Assembly: GCA_977862235.1 (NCBI GenBank)
Contig: OZ374563.1
Span: forward strand, 2,356,001 to 2,420,000
Length of the DNA: 64,000 bases
Reading direction: 5' to 3'
DNA from: Dudresnaya verticillata
Lineage: Eukaryota
Below, piece by piece: positions 12,402-24,815 of this stretch. Both the position numbers and the translations under genes were made by a program. Below the pieces are notes generated by a model. The model saw only the letters and a list, made by a program, of their open reading frames with translations, searched no databases and was not told the DNA's origin. The first letter of the stretch is position 1; each line of letters begins with the position of its first letter.

Positions 12402-13892
12402 AATGAAAGCCTACAGCTTGGCTATTACAAAAGACACTTAGCGGGGTCCTGAAAACACACGCCTTGGAAGGCCGAGAGAAGTGCGATGAATAGTAATCAC
12501 AGGCGTAACTGGTTCTTGGAGGTTGTCGGAATACCTCGATCTTGGCAAAGAGTTCTGCAGATCTTTGTCGAAAAGCAATTGCCTTGTTCTCTACGAGATT
12601 TCGAAAAGTCGCGCCTCACCGTAGCGATGTCTGCTCTGGGTGCGAAGTAAGGTCTCCAGCCAAGTTTGGAGCCTTCCCGTGTAGAGAGGCTCTCGAAGAT
12701 GAAACTCTAGCCGCCCGATCAGGAAGGCGCTTGCAACAGGCTCTGGAGAACTTGCAAATATTTGTTTCTTCTCGTCGAGAAACCTGGACAAATCCAGCGA
12801 CATTACTTGATCTGTAATGTCTGCTCACGAATTACACCAAAAAAAGGGATTTTTTGGGTCAGCAGCACCCTCGGCAGCCGTTGCTCTGTGGGGTGCCCGG
12901 CCGCGCTGCCATGGGGCACGCGGCTACATCCTTGACGACATTTATGGAAACAACTGACCAGTTTGATTTTTGCTTGATTTTAGGCAGGAAGAACATCTTC
13001 TTGCCGGCAGCGACCGAGCTTTGCCACACATGGCCCGTCCAACTGGGACACTCCGGTCCCAAGCCGCTGGGAGAGCTGCTGCTGCGTCTTGCATCTGCAC
13101 ACGGGCAGCGAAGGCCCGGTCACGTTGACAAGTGGATCGGCGCGCATCACTCCCACGATGGTGTCGCAACGGCATACTGGTAGTAGCGCATTGCTGAAAG
13201 AGTATTTCAGACCGACCAACTTCAGTAACACAACAATCTGGCCAAGCAACATTTCGTTCTAAATCTTTCCCTTCCCTTCTCTGTTTTGATTCTTTGTCTT
13301 ATACACTCTTTCGTCCTTTTGTTGAAGTCGAACACAGCGGTAATGGCATTTAAATATTTGTTGAACAGTTTTCGTAGATTATGGAAATGCGTGAACGATT
13401 TGGAGCAATTACGTGTACTCTTGGTGTCCAAAAAAACACGAATGTACGTCGATAATATTTCTCTCTAGTCAGTTTAGACCAACAGGAGTGCCAAGGTGTC
13501 GAAGCAAATATTCCAGAAAAAGGATTCTGAATAGACGAAAAAGGAGTTAAAACTGCGGTTGTGAAGGTGCCCAATTATATTACTGTGAAACCCATAAACT
13601 TCTGTAACGGACAGATGGCCAAACTTCCCATCACGGAACGTGGATGTGGTGTAGTGTGGTACAATGAGCCGCCAGGAGCTGTAAGCACGTACACGTGTTT
13701 TGCGCCTGTAATGCGCGGGTAATATTGCACGTGGCGTGCGCCTGTAATGCGCCGCACATACTGACGCACTGTAAGGCCCAGTGCATTGCTGACCACTCCA
13801 TATGGCATTGCTGGGAACAGCACGGCGCCAATGAGATGGCTTCCCGAGATTGGCTGGTTTATCATGGCCTTACGCGCAGGAGTGCGCCCGAG

Positions 13893-14690
13893 TGTAGCAG
13901 TATGGCACCGGCCAGAAACAGCAAAGAACAAGAAAAGACAGCTGTCCGATGTCACACGCTAATGTGTGGTAGCTCGAAGAAGGTTTGGTAGAGGCTTGGA
14001 AAGAGGCGGGCCCTGATGACCCGAAAGGGGGGCTGCGGAAGCACAAAGACTCGGCGCGACCGACTGAAGGAAGGTATAGAGGTTGCAACCCGGTATTTCG
14101 TAGAGTACTTGCCGTACGATGTCCGGGCGTGTACTGGGCGACCCCTGCAGGCGCGGAGCGCCCCAGCGACCAAAAGGTGGAAACTTCCCGAACAACTCCG
14201 CTGAGTGTTTATTCTGAGGGCGCCGGCTATTCTGGCGCCCATAAGTAGGGATTGATAGCCGAAAACTCTATCAGACCAAAAGGGGGTATAATTAGTCTAT
14301 GATTATAGATACAAAGATTAGTACAATCAGTACAATGTAAATAGGGGAATGCGTTCCAGTTCGAGGACTTGGTGGCGGATGCGCCGGTGTTCAGACTAGT
14401 GTCTCGGCTGCATTGTCGATACCCTGAGCGCAGAGGTGCTCCTCGTTTGTGAGTAGGAGCGCAGCGGCGCGTCATAAATCAGCCAATACGAGGCGTCCAA
14501 GTGGCGCCATTACACTGCCACGTGTACGCCACGTGTACAGCTGTAGGGCCAGGTGTACACACGTGTATCCCACGTGTCATCCACGTGTACAGCGATGAAA
14601 AGACAGCTGTCCTGATTAATGGACAGTCTGTCCCGCGAAAAGAAGTGCGCTCCTGTAAGCCCTTCTGCTCACAGCGTCCATACTGCCACT
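13893..14690 (-). mobile_element. Solo LTR (798 bp) inserted antisense in element 1 LTR, TSD CCGAG
   Basis: CCGAG at 13888-13892 and 14691-14695. Termini TGTAGCAG.../...TGCCACT (terminal CA mutated). Homologous to 47758-48077. Confidence 0.8.
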
Positions 14691-15090
14691 CCGAGTCATG
14701 AATATCTGACGTGCGCAGGGCGGATTACGACCGCTCACTACCCCATTGTAATTATTAACGCTAACTACGATAGCTTAGAATAGGAATGGCGCCGAAGGCG
14801 CTTTCGGCCTTCGCCATATTTATTGCGCCCCTGGCTAGCAGCGGTCTGCTGAATAGAACCGTACGATGGGTTTAGGGTCTGTACCCTTTCTTTGGTCTAC
14901 ACGGGCTCACCGTACTCCCCCTTCCAGGTGCTTTACAAGCTTTAACCTCGTACGGCTTCGTTCTCTACGAGTGTTAGGGTGGCGCCGCCCCCTTTTCCCT
15001 TTCTTTCAGGAACGCTACCCTTTTCCCCTTTTCCCTCAAGTCTCTACCAACTCCCCATTGAGCTACCCTCGTTATAACTAGGGTGTGTGC

Positions 15091-15712
15091 TGTAGTAGAA
15101 TGGTCCTCGGCCAGGTAGTCCGAGATAAAACAGCGCCACAGCTGTCCTGGGGACAAACACTCACGGTGGGCGGTACTTGAAAGGAAAAGGGAAAAGGTGT
15201 GTGGTAGAGCCTTGTAGTGGGTGAATACTCAGGAACAAAGGAAATGGAAGACGAACGCTACAGCGTAGAGCAATCTTCGTACACGATAGGGCTTGTAGAC
15301 GCCCAAGGAAAGGGAACAACGGTGGCACCGTAGGAAGGCCCGAAATGGGTACAGTCCAACGCACACACCGCTGCCTGTTTAGTGCGGGGGCCCCTGCTAC
15401 TCAGGGGCCTAATAAATACGGCGGGAAGCCGGAAATACTACCCACTCTAAGTAAGAGTTATATTACTGACAGTTACCTACTACTGTACACTAAAGGTGGA
15501 TTACAATCAAATGATGGAAATGAGTGGTAGTACCGCTACGAGTTACAGGCGCGCTGCTGTCTGGCGCGCAATGCCAAAAATATGGGTGACCATGATTAAT
15601 AAACCAATGGGACTCGGCCATCTCAACCATCGCACCCTCGAGCGCCTCACGCCTTACAGGCGTCGTCTGTACATGTTTGTGCTTACAGCGCTCGGGCGCT
15701 CATTATTCCACA
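15091..15712 (-). mobile_element. Solo LTR (622 bp) inserted antisense in element 1 LTR, TSD TGTGC
   Basis: TGTGC at 15086-15090 and 15713-15717. TG...CA termini. Inverted homolog of 52592-53255. Confidence 0.9.
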
Positions 15713-15781
15713 TGTGCACGCACGGGACAGCTGTCCTTGTCGTTTAGCGGGCCACTGGCTCGTCGCGCCATACTACTACAG

Positions 15782-15802
15782 TGGTCTCCCGACCTAGAAT
15801 CG
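15782..15802 (+). promoter_or_regulatory. Primer-binding site, tRNA-Tyr-like
   Basis: TGGTCTCCCGACCTAGAATCG lies 1 nt after the LTR. Its reverse complement CGATTCTAGGTCGGGAGACCA fits tRNA positions 56-76 with G72-A73-CCA. Confidence 0.75.
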
Positions 15803-16398
15803 GTTCTGGGTCGGTTCCCCTTATTATTACCTCAGCGTCAGTCCATCGCTTTGGAATTTTCAACGATCGAGTTTTCTCCTTGCAAGATCTCAAGGTTCGA
15901 CTATCTGACGTTGAAACCCTAGTCGTCCGGGCGACGACGGTCCCTAAGCTTCATATCAAGCGCTGGAGTCACCCCTACCGCCGTGGCGGTTTATTAAGTT
16001 CAACGAGCACACCCTAGTCGTGGATTGATGCCCCTTCCGGGAGAACCGCAACAGGTTATCGTAATACCTGTACAAAAAATACGTCCTTGTACGGGCTGTG
16101 CGGGCGCGCATTGCGGAAAGACCGCGTGGTCAGAATCGCCCGTAACCCCGAGAACGACGGTTCTGAAGAAGATTGCCCACTTGGAAAACTTCCCGTCAGG
16201 CAACCACAGGACCGATATCCCTCGTTTAGGTCGACAAGACCGACCTGAACATGCCGACTTCCAACGGCGATACCACCCGACCGGGGTTAACCAGTCGATG
16301 GTGGAAGCCGTTCCGGCAGACTTTCCTCCTTAAGGACAATTGGGACGAGAACCCGTGCAGCCGTCGCCGCTCTTGCCCCAAATCCTTTAGTAGGAGAA

Positions 16399-18916
16399 GT
16401 GGAACGCCCGCCCCGAATGGCGGGCGCTCCAGGAGATGAGGAACCACCTGTTCCAGAGAAGGGACAGGTCCCGAATGAAGAAAACATGGTCAGGACCCCT
16501 TCCGCAAGCGCCGCCACCTACGGCGCGAATGAGGGTCCTGACCCTAGTATGCCGCCGCCGTCCATCAGTCGGGCTAGCCAGCACGGTACGGGCGGACAGG
16601 CCCTAGAAGATGTGACCACGTCATCATTGCCCCCGGACATAGGGGTGGCAATGAGAACGAAAGCCAATTCGACCGACCAACGGTGTTTCTCAGAACGCGA
16701 GATAGGCCAGATGGTCGAATTGGGCATCGAAAATGTTCTCGTCACGTGCATCCGAGCGTTGCTCGAGAGTCAAGCTGACGAAACCCTCTCGAGGGTGAAG
16801 CGTTATTTCGACGACTCAACAGCCCGCCGGGGCGATCAATTATTGGCAAAGGTCCAAGAAGAGATCGATTCTCGATGTCGACAAACCTCCTCTCGAGGAG
16901 TAGACGAAGAACGGGTCGAGACCCTACAAGCCCAGGTCGATTCCTTGGGGGACCAACTTGGTTCACCAGGAATTAGACCAGGTTACAACGGATGCCGACC
17001 GTTCAAGACAAGAAGCCGCTTTGGCTATTTCAGACGCCCAGTTGGGCGCGGACAACACTCGTTGTGTTGAACAAGACAGACGCATCGAGCTCCCTCAACA
17101 GGAGCTCGATGCGGAGAAGAGTCGAGTCGCTATGATAGGAGCCCAAATGCGGCGACTCAACCGCGAAAGGGAAGTCGTCCCTGAGATAATGCGCCGTTGT
17201 TCGCCAGTGCCTCGAGGCACGCGAGAGCGTCGCAGAAGGTTACCCCATCACGGGTCAGGCCACGAATCTCAAGACGATGAGGAAATGGCCCGGTGTCCAA
17301 ATCACCTGGGGTGTAATTGCAGCCGACCGAGTCAACCTCGGTCTCGCCCCGATAGGCATTCGAGCCATCGACATGGTGGGAACCCCCATCCGGAAGCATA
17401 CCCTACCTCAGGGTCGTCCGAGGACGAAGAGCCACAGTTAAGAACCTTCTCCAGACCCTCCTGGTCTTCTTGGAAGGGACCCCGGCGTTCCGGTTTACAA
17501 GAACTGATTCCGAGGAACCCTGTCTTCGTACAGGTACTTTTATATCGAAGGTATAGGTTGTTGAACCTAGATGACTACAGGGGACCTGAAGTCACGGAGA
17601 CTACGACGAAGAAGATAAAACGGGTGAAGACCGTGATGAGAAGTCGCCGGTTCGACGGAAGTGACCCAGTATCCACTATTGGATTTCTCGCAACACTGAA
17701 ACGACAGCTGGACCAAGCTCACATTACTGAAGGAGCAGCTATCCTTGTCATCGCAGACTTTCTGGGGAAAGATGCCAAAGACATGTTTGAAGCGAACCTC
17801 GACGCTGCAGGAGATGATAATCGTGGATTCAGCGAGTGGGCCGAGGCCGTCAATTACCTTCTTCGCACGTATGCGAAAGACGTCTACATCGAGAGGATAG
17901 CCTCTGATATGGACACCATGGCACAAGAGCCGAATGAGGACGAGGTCACTTTCTCTCGACGGTTACAAAACCAAGCGCGACGAGTCGCTGGGGTCTACAC
18001 AGAGCAAGACTTAATAACACGCTTTATTAGGGGTCTTCTCCCCGCGGTGAAGCCGCTGTTAAGCACTACCTCTCTGGATCCACGGACCGCCCGTTTGACA
18101 GATTATGTCGAGCTCGCCACCGCCCGGGGAGATTCCCGTCGTGCCCTAGTGGGAGGTGGCCGAGCGAAGAAGGCGACCTCGACGCTGCATAAGAAAACCC
18201 TCGCGAAGATACGGACACACAAACCTGGTCGGGCACTTCTCATTCGCCAGTCGAGACGGTCGGGGGCATCTGACTCCGAATCCTCAAAGAGTAGCGACTC
18301 TGAGGACGACAACGAAGATGCCGTCGTCGCGGCTATAGACGAAGAAGCGCCACCATCAACGGCAACCCAATCAGACAGCTGGTCCTCCGGGCAGTACTCC
18401 TATGGCCAGCCATAATATGGCGAAGTGGATGCGGTCATCCAAAACTACAACCATAGGCTCCCAGCCTGGGCTCAGCCAACAAGGACGCAGCATCCTGGAT
18501 GGCAGACGGTCGAGGACCAACCAAATGACATCTGCTTTGAGTGTTGTGGCGTCGGTCATAAAGAGCCAAATTGCCCTCACCTGGCGCGTACGGACGAACA
18601 CTCTTTTGAGACTCTAAAAAGGAGGCAGTTCCAAGAGCTCTCGCATGAGCAGAAAGCCTGGTTGGCAACTGTTGGGCGACTACCCTACTTCGCAAATGGA
18701 CCGTTGTCGACAGGCCAAGCGATTGGGCCACCCACAGGCGCGCGTCAAAATATGGGGACGGGCGCCGGCGGAAATAGGCAAGTTCAATTTCATCCGGGTC
18801 TGGATCACCCCATCGACGCGCCAAGGCAAGCGCCGCGGGCACCAAGACCAGGGCTACGACCCGTTCCGCCACCACCACCGTTACCACGGTCGCCCGCGCT
18901 CAAGGAGAAACACTAG
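16399..18916 (+). pseudogene. gag: Gag of element 1 (frameshift near 17000, in-frame stop at 18413)
   Basis: Retrotransposon gag core 'FDGSDP...EGAA...FL...W...L...Y...Q..NE....F..RL' and CCHC knuckle CFECCGVGHKEPNC. Confidence 0.85.
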
Positions 18917-19085
18917 AGAGGGGGGAACCGGTTTCGGTTGACCCGATCACTCAGGTTACATCGGAACCCCCGATCGATTCGCTGAACGCAGCTTCACTAG
19001 CACAAGCTTCGACAGCTTCTCCACGGATCGACCGGTTTCACATGAGAATGTTGCTTCTGTTCCGAAGAACATCTTAACGCGCCCC

Positions 19086-22000
19086 ATGGGCTTACCCCGT
19101 GGTTGTACGTATGACGAGTATTGTAAGGACCCAGTCTTTTCCCTGTCACGCTACAACTATAAATTTGCTGCGTCCGTCGGGACTTCTGTGGAAAAAATCA
19201 CTCGAATACTATCCGTATTGGATACAGGGGCTGGCCCTAATCTGCTCCGGGCGGAAGTTCTTTCTCCGGAAGAAAGGAAGCGCATCTCGACGAACAGGTC
19301 GATCGTCAACTTGACGTATGCGTCGAGTCATAGACTAACTACACTGGGAACCATCTCGCTCGTTGTACGCGTGGGCTCATACACGGTTCGACAACCTTTT
19401 TTGTCGTCAAGGCGCTTGCAGTGGATGCCATCCTGGGATGCACGTTTATCGATACCCACGTTGAGGTTTTACGTGTTCGGAAACAGAACATCGTTCTCCG
19501 AGACGGGTCGATACACCCTATCCTAAGGCGCCGTTGCGGCATACCCCGTGAAGATCTACCCTCAGAACCAATGAATGTCCCTCCTTTAACTACCTCGCGA
19601 CTAATCCGCGTCGCCGAACGCACTAACTTACCGCCGGGCAATGAGACATGGGTCGTCGTGACCTGCTCGGCCCAAGGAACGCACTTCCTGGAATCATTTC
19701 CATGGTTATACGACCGTCAACACGTGGTCGTGACCAACGGTATAGTCGATCTAGAATCGAATCGGATCTTCCACGTGAATGTTGCGAACTTCTCGCCGCG
19801 CATGCAGCAGCTTCAGAATAATCAAAGCCTCGAAAAGGCTGTCCCAGCGCCCACCCGGACGCCGGTATACGCCATTTCCATCGAGGAATCTGATCCTGAC
19901 CTCAATCCTGACACCTCCGTGTCCAGTCCTCAACCGGACACATTCCCCGATTTGGGGGGCGCGACTGGCTGCTGCTCTTGGTAGTGAAGGCGCAAAGCCT
20001 GGAATTATAACAGCGACCTCTACGCCGTCTCCCATGTCAGTCGATGACTTGGCACTGGAGCACCTGTCCGGGCCGGACCGTTGTCGAGTACGAAAAATGC
20101 TCCGACCATTCGCCGGTATGTGGGACGGCGAGCTGGGAACAATCAAGGTGACGAAGCACCTAATTGAACTACAAGAAGGTTCCAAACCTGTATTCTGGCA
20201 ACCCTATCGGTCGGGCCCGAAAGCTAGACAAGTCGAACAAGACGAAGCAGACAAGATGCTTAAAGAAGGCGTCATCGAGCCTGCTCGCACGGAGTTCGCA
20301 AGCCCCGTAGTGCTGGTCAAGAAACCCGATGGGTCCCTACGTTTCTGCTTCGATTACCGCAAGCTCAACGCTATCACAGGTAAGGACACATATCCTCTCC
20401 CGCGGATGGACGAGTGTCTGGACTCGCTGGGAAACGCACAATACTTTACAACCTTGGATTGTAGTTCCGGGTATTGGAAAATTCCAGTCGAGGAAGATGA
20501 CAAGCACAAAACGGCTTTCACTTGCCATGCCGGATATTTCCAGTTCTGCAGAATGCCCTTCGGGCTCTGAAACTTTCCCGCGACCTTTCAACGTACGGTT
20601 GATATCCTACTCTCCGGATTCAGATGGAAAACCTATTTAGTCTATTTGGACGACATCATTATATTCTCGACAGCAGTCGACGAACACCTCACACACGTGA
20701 AGGGCATTCTAGAAGTACTGCAAGAAGCAGGAGTTTCGCTGAAACTAAAGAAGTGCCACTTCTTCACGAAGAGCGTTGACTACTTAGGTCACGTGATCCG
20801 CCCAGGACTGCTAGAAGTGGCAACCAGGAATACCCAAGCCGTCGAAGGGTTTAAGGATCCGAAGACTCAGACCCAGTTACGATCATTTATTGGAATCTGC
20901 AATGTTTACAGGTGCTTCGTGCCTAACTTCGCGCGCGTGGCGGCCCCACTAAACGCACTCTTACAAAAGGATCAGGACTTCGAGTTACCAACGTTCGACG
21001 AACGTCAACGAGAAGCGTTTGAACTTCTCAAGAAAGCGTTAGTCGCTCCGCCGATACTGTGATTCCCTCAAGAAGATAAGGCTCTCTCCGTCGACACGGA
21101 CGCCTGTGATTACCAAATCGGGTGCGCATTGATGCAGATGAAAGAAGATGGCACCCGACACCCCATAGAGTTTTGGAGCCGCGGCCTAACGAAGGCGGAA
21201 AAGAACTACTAGGTAGTCGGGAAAGAATGCCTACCAGTGGTCTGGGCAACGCAGATGCTTCGTCCATATTTGGAACGGTCCCACTTCGACCTGTATACGG
21301 ATCACCAAGCTTTAAAAGGGATGATGAGCATGACCGATGCTTCAGGGAGACTGGCCCGCTTGAGGTTACGCCCGTTGGAATATGATTTCACGGTACAATA
21401 CCGAAAAGGAAAGAAGAATCAGATCGCGGATGCCGTCTCTCGGCTGCCAACTTACGGCTTCACCCAGTGGGAACCGGACCTCGAGATCCCTTGTTTTGTA
21501 ATCGAAAACGATCGAAAGGACGCCTGCGACGAACGGTCGCCAGCGCGGAAACCACGGACGGGTGCACAACTCCAACCCTTAGAGGTTTGGGGATTCGAAC
21601 CTCGGGATGACGACCCTTCGGGTGACGAACAGCTAATAGCTCAGGTGGCCGACAAGGAATCACCCCAGAAGGGTCTCTCCCTCATAACAGTGGAGGAGCT
21701 GCTCCGAGAGCAAAAATCAGACGACTTCTGCGTCTGGGTCCGGTGGAACTTCGAGACGGGTAAGCCCGGCTGCTATCTCGAGGATAGGAGAGTACTCCTT
21801 GTGCGCAAGTCGTACGTAGACCACGTTCTACAGGTACTCGTACCTAGATCACTGAAAGAAAAGGTTCTACACCTAGCGCACTACCCGGAGTTGGCCAGCC
21901 ACCCTGGGGGTACCGGGATGTATCACAACCTTCGACGACAGGTATATTGGCCTGAGATGTCTCTGGACGTGTACGCGACAGTAATAAATTGCGTCAAGTG

Positions 22001-23423
22001 CGCCCAAGAGCGCGTCCAACTTCGAAAACATACTTCCCATATGAAGTTATTCCCGGCAACGTTGCCTTTGGAATTCATAGGGATCGACATCCTTGGGCCC
22101 CTGCCCCGTTCAGGCAAAGAAAATGAGTTCCTCCTAGTCATGACTCACAGATTCTCCAAACTAACGAGAGAGATACCGTTGAAGACAGTCACAGCCTATA
22201 CAGTGGCCAAGGCTTTCTGTGAGCATTGGGTTTTCATATACGGTCCACCCCGTTACGTCCTTTCGGACAATGGCTCGCAATTCGAGTCAAAGTTCTTCCT
22301 CGCGATGTGCGACATCCTTCGAATTAGGAATATGTTTACGTCAACCTATCATCCGCAGACGAACGGTCAGACAGAACGATTCAATCGTACCCTCCTAGCG
22401 GGGTTGCGACATTTCATCGCCGAAGATCAGAAAGACTGGATAGAGTTTACCTCTGCGTTAACGTGCACGTATAAAACTATTGTACATCGTGCTACGGGCC
22501 TGGCGCCCTTCGATCTGGCGTTATCTAACCCCCCGATATCCATCTTAATGTAACAAGCAGAGATAGTGGACGTCGAACACGTGCCGGCGACTAACGTTAA
22601 GAAGCGGCTGACTCTACGCTTACAGAAGCTGATGGATACGGCCTTACCGCGGATGAAGTTAGCGCAACGGCGCTATGAAACGAATTTCAATAATCGGATT
22701 CGACCGGCTAACCAGAAAGTGAGACCTGGGTCTTGGGTTTTCCTAGAGAGGGAAACGAAGGTGAAGGACGCTTCAGGTGTGGCCCGCGAAGGGAAGTTGC
22801 TTCGTAAGGCTCTCGGGCCGTATAAGGTTCTGGAACGTGGAACGCACGTTGTCATTCTAGACATCAAAGGAGATAGAGAGACGACATCTCTGGACCGGGT
22901 TACCTTGGCCCCCTCTCCGCATTAAGAACCAAGCGCGCAGGGTCAAGACCCTTCAGTAGTGTGCCTCACGCCATAAAGCTCGACGGCGCCGAACGGGCGA
23001 GTTGGGGGCGCAAATGCGAACACCGATCCTCACAATCCCGAGAGACAGGGCGTTTCCGATATTACGGACAATCTGACTCTCGCGGTGCCGCCTACTTATG
23101 GAACAGCCATACCGAGTCCCCAAGATGCAGTGGCTGCGGCCCCTCCCAATCCGGATCGCGATCCTGTAACCGCCGCGCCCAGCACACCGGCGACAATGCG
23201 GAACGACCCCTCTTCCCCAGGGAAGTTTTCTCGTTTTAAGAAAGCGCCGCCACGCGAGCGAGTTTACGATCGCATCGTGTTGTATGATGCCGGTCGACAT
23301 CTCTACCGCATTCGGTGGTTTCAAATTCCAGCGTCAGAAGACACTTGGGAGCCCAAGGAACATCTTCCTCACAATCTGGTGGTAAGATACCATCGAGCCA
23401 AAGGGGTCGCTCTCCCGCAATAA
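19086..23423 (+). pseudogene. pol: Pol of element 1: protease, RT, RNase H, integrase, chromodomain (stops and frameshifts)
   Basis: LDTGAGPN, SPVVLVKKPDGSLRFCFDYRKLN, YLDDII, TDHQAL, HHCC zinc finger, IDILGP, SDNGSQF, HPQTNGQTERFN, GPY, chromodomain YRIRWF...EDTWEPKEHL. Confidence 0.95.
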
Positions 23424-23671
23424 GCGTCCTACGCTGGGACATTGCTCAAGGAGAGCAAATTCGCCGAGAAGAGGCTAGTCGAACCCTGCGGGCCGGGGCT
23501 CCTGTTGCGAATAATCGCCTATCTGAGCTTACGTACTGCGTAGGGCAACCGCTACGCTCGGCAGTAGCGATGGCAAGGACGTCTTGCTGTACGGCCATTG
23601 GGCCTGTGTATAACAATAGGGAGTTGGAATGCCCATTCCCCCTTAATCTGTTGAGCTGACTAACAACAACA

Positions 23672-23857
23672 TGTATAGATGGAAACAAAGGAGTCAAGAC
23701 TCTGAAAATGGATAGATGTAAGGAGTGGATCCTGGATAGATGTGTGGAAACGGATAGATGAATCAAGAACCTAGATTCTGTATAGATATGGAAATGGATA
23801 GATGAGTCAAGAATCTAGATTCTGGATAGATGAGCTGTATAGCTACATGGATAGATG
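23672..23857 (+). repeat. GGATAGATG motif array downstream of pol (element 1)
   Basis: Six exact GGATAGATG (23710, 23734, 23752, 23796, 23824, 23849) plus GTATAGAT variants. Confidence 0.9.
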
Positions 23858-24815
23858 TGAACCATGGACGTCGCTCGTATGAGGGACCCGAGGATTTAGA
23901 TCCTGAGTCAGGGCCTATGCCCTGGACAACGCAGTCAAACGCTTCCAGTTGAAACTGAGGGATATGCGGCGGGAGATATCAACAAAGCCAGTCGAGGCGA
24001 GCAAAGCCATGCTTAGCTCTAGGGGCGAACCCCACCATAAGTTGACCAACTCGTCGAAGTCCAACCTCGGTGACGCTGCTCGCGAGTATGACGCATGCGT
24101 GCACGCTTTCGCGACCCCGGCGGGGCATTACAGACTGAAATAGGGCCAAACCTTTGAGCGTCAATTACGGCTACGGCAGAAATGCCGAAGCAGGCGCGAA
24201 GAGCCTCTAAGATGTATTGTCCTCGTTATGGGAAGCCTTCTTGGCAATAAGCCCTGGAGCATCGGGCAGAACCAAGGACGCGTAACCACGCTCAACAGCG
24301 CGACTAGCCTGCGAGGCGTTGGCTTCGCGCCAAAAAAACGCTACAGTACAGCCACTCGCTACTGTAGAGCCGAACAACTGTCGCTGATAGGTCACCACGG
24401 CCAGGGAGGCGGAATAGGGCTCCAATGGGGAGTCTCTAAATCAGCGTCTAACCGCTTCGACTACAGTGTTCTCCAACATAACTGTAGCATATTAAAACGC
24501 ATTGCTGGAGTTGCCCCCTTCGCCGCACGGCCTCAAGGAGGCGGATTGGCCCCCACTGGGAGTCTGCAGACTGGCTCATGTACCACGGCGCGTGGTGGCA
24601 CACAGCACGCGAGCTCAATTCGCCCACTGCCTCTATTCTGGCGCTGACCCCAAGCGATGCGACTCCGCTAAGTCTCAGAGTGAGAATACTATCACACCTC
24701 AAACGCGCGCAACGCCTACCAAAGGAAGTGATTCTAAGCATACAAGACGGATTTATTTAGCGGGCCAGCCAATCAAAAGTCTAAGGCTATAAGCCTGGGG
24801 CTAGCGCACGACGCG

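Larger units (their letters stand above)
13655..15780 (+). repeat. 5' LTR of element 1 (~696 bp net) interrupted by two solo LTRs
   Basis: Start matches the 3' LTR start at 27279. Ends in CA immediately before the PBS. Confidence 0.85.

Noticed and set aside
12860..13640. Minus-strand ORF fragments next to element 1
   Set aside because: Short, with no recognisable homology.
18900..18930. Programmed gag-pol frameshift site
   Set aside because: No intact X XXY YYZ slippery heptamer is visible and the copy is degenerate.
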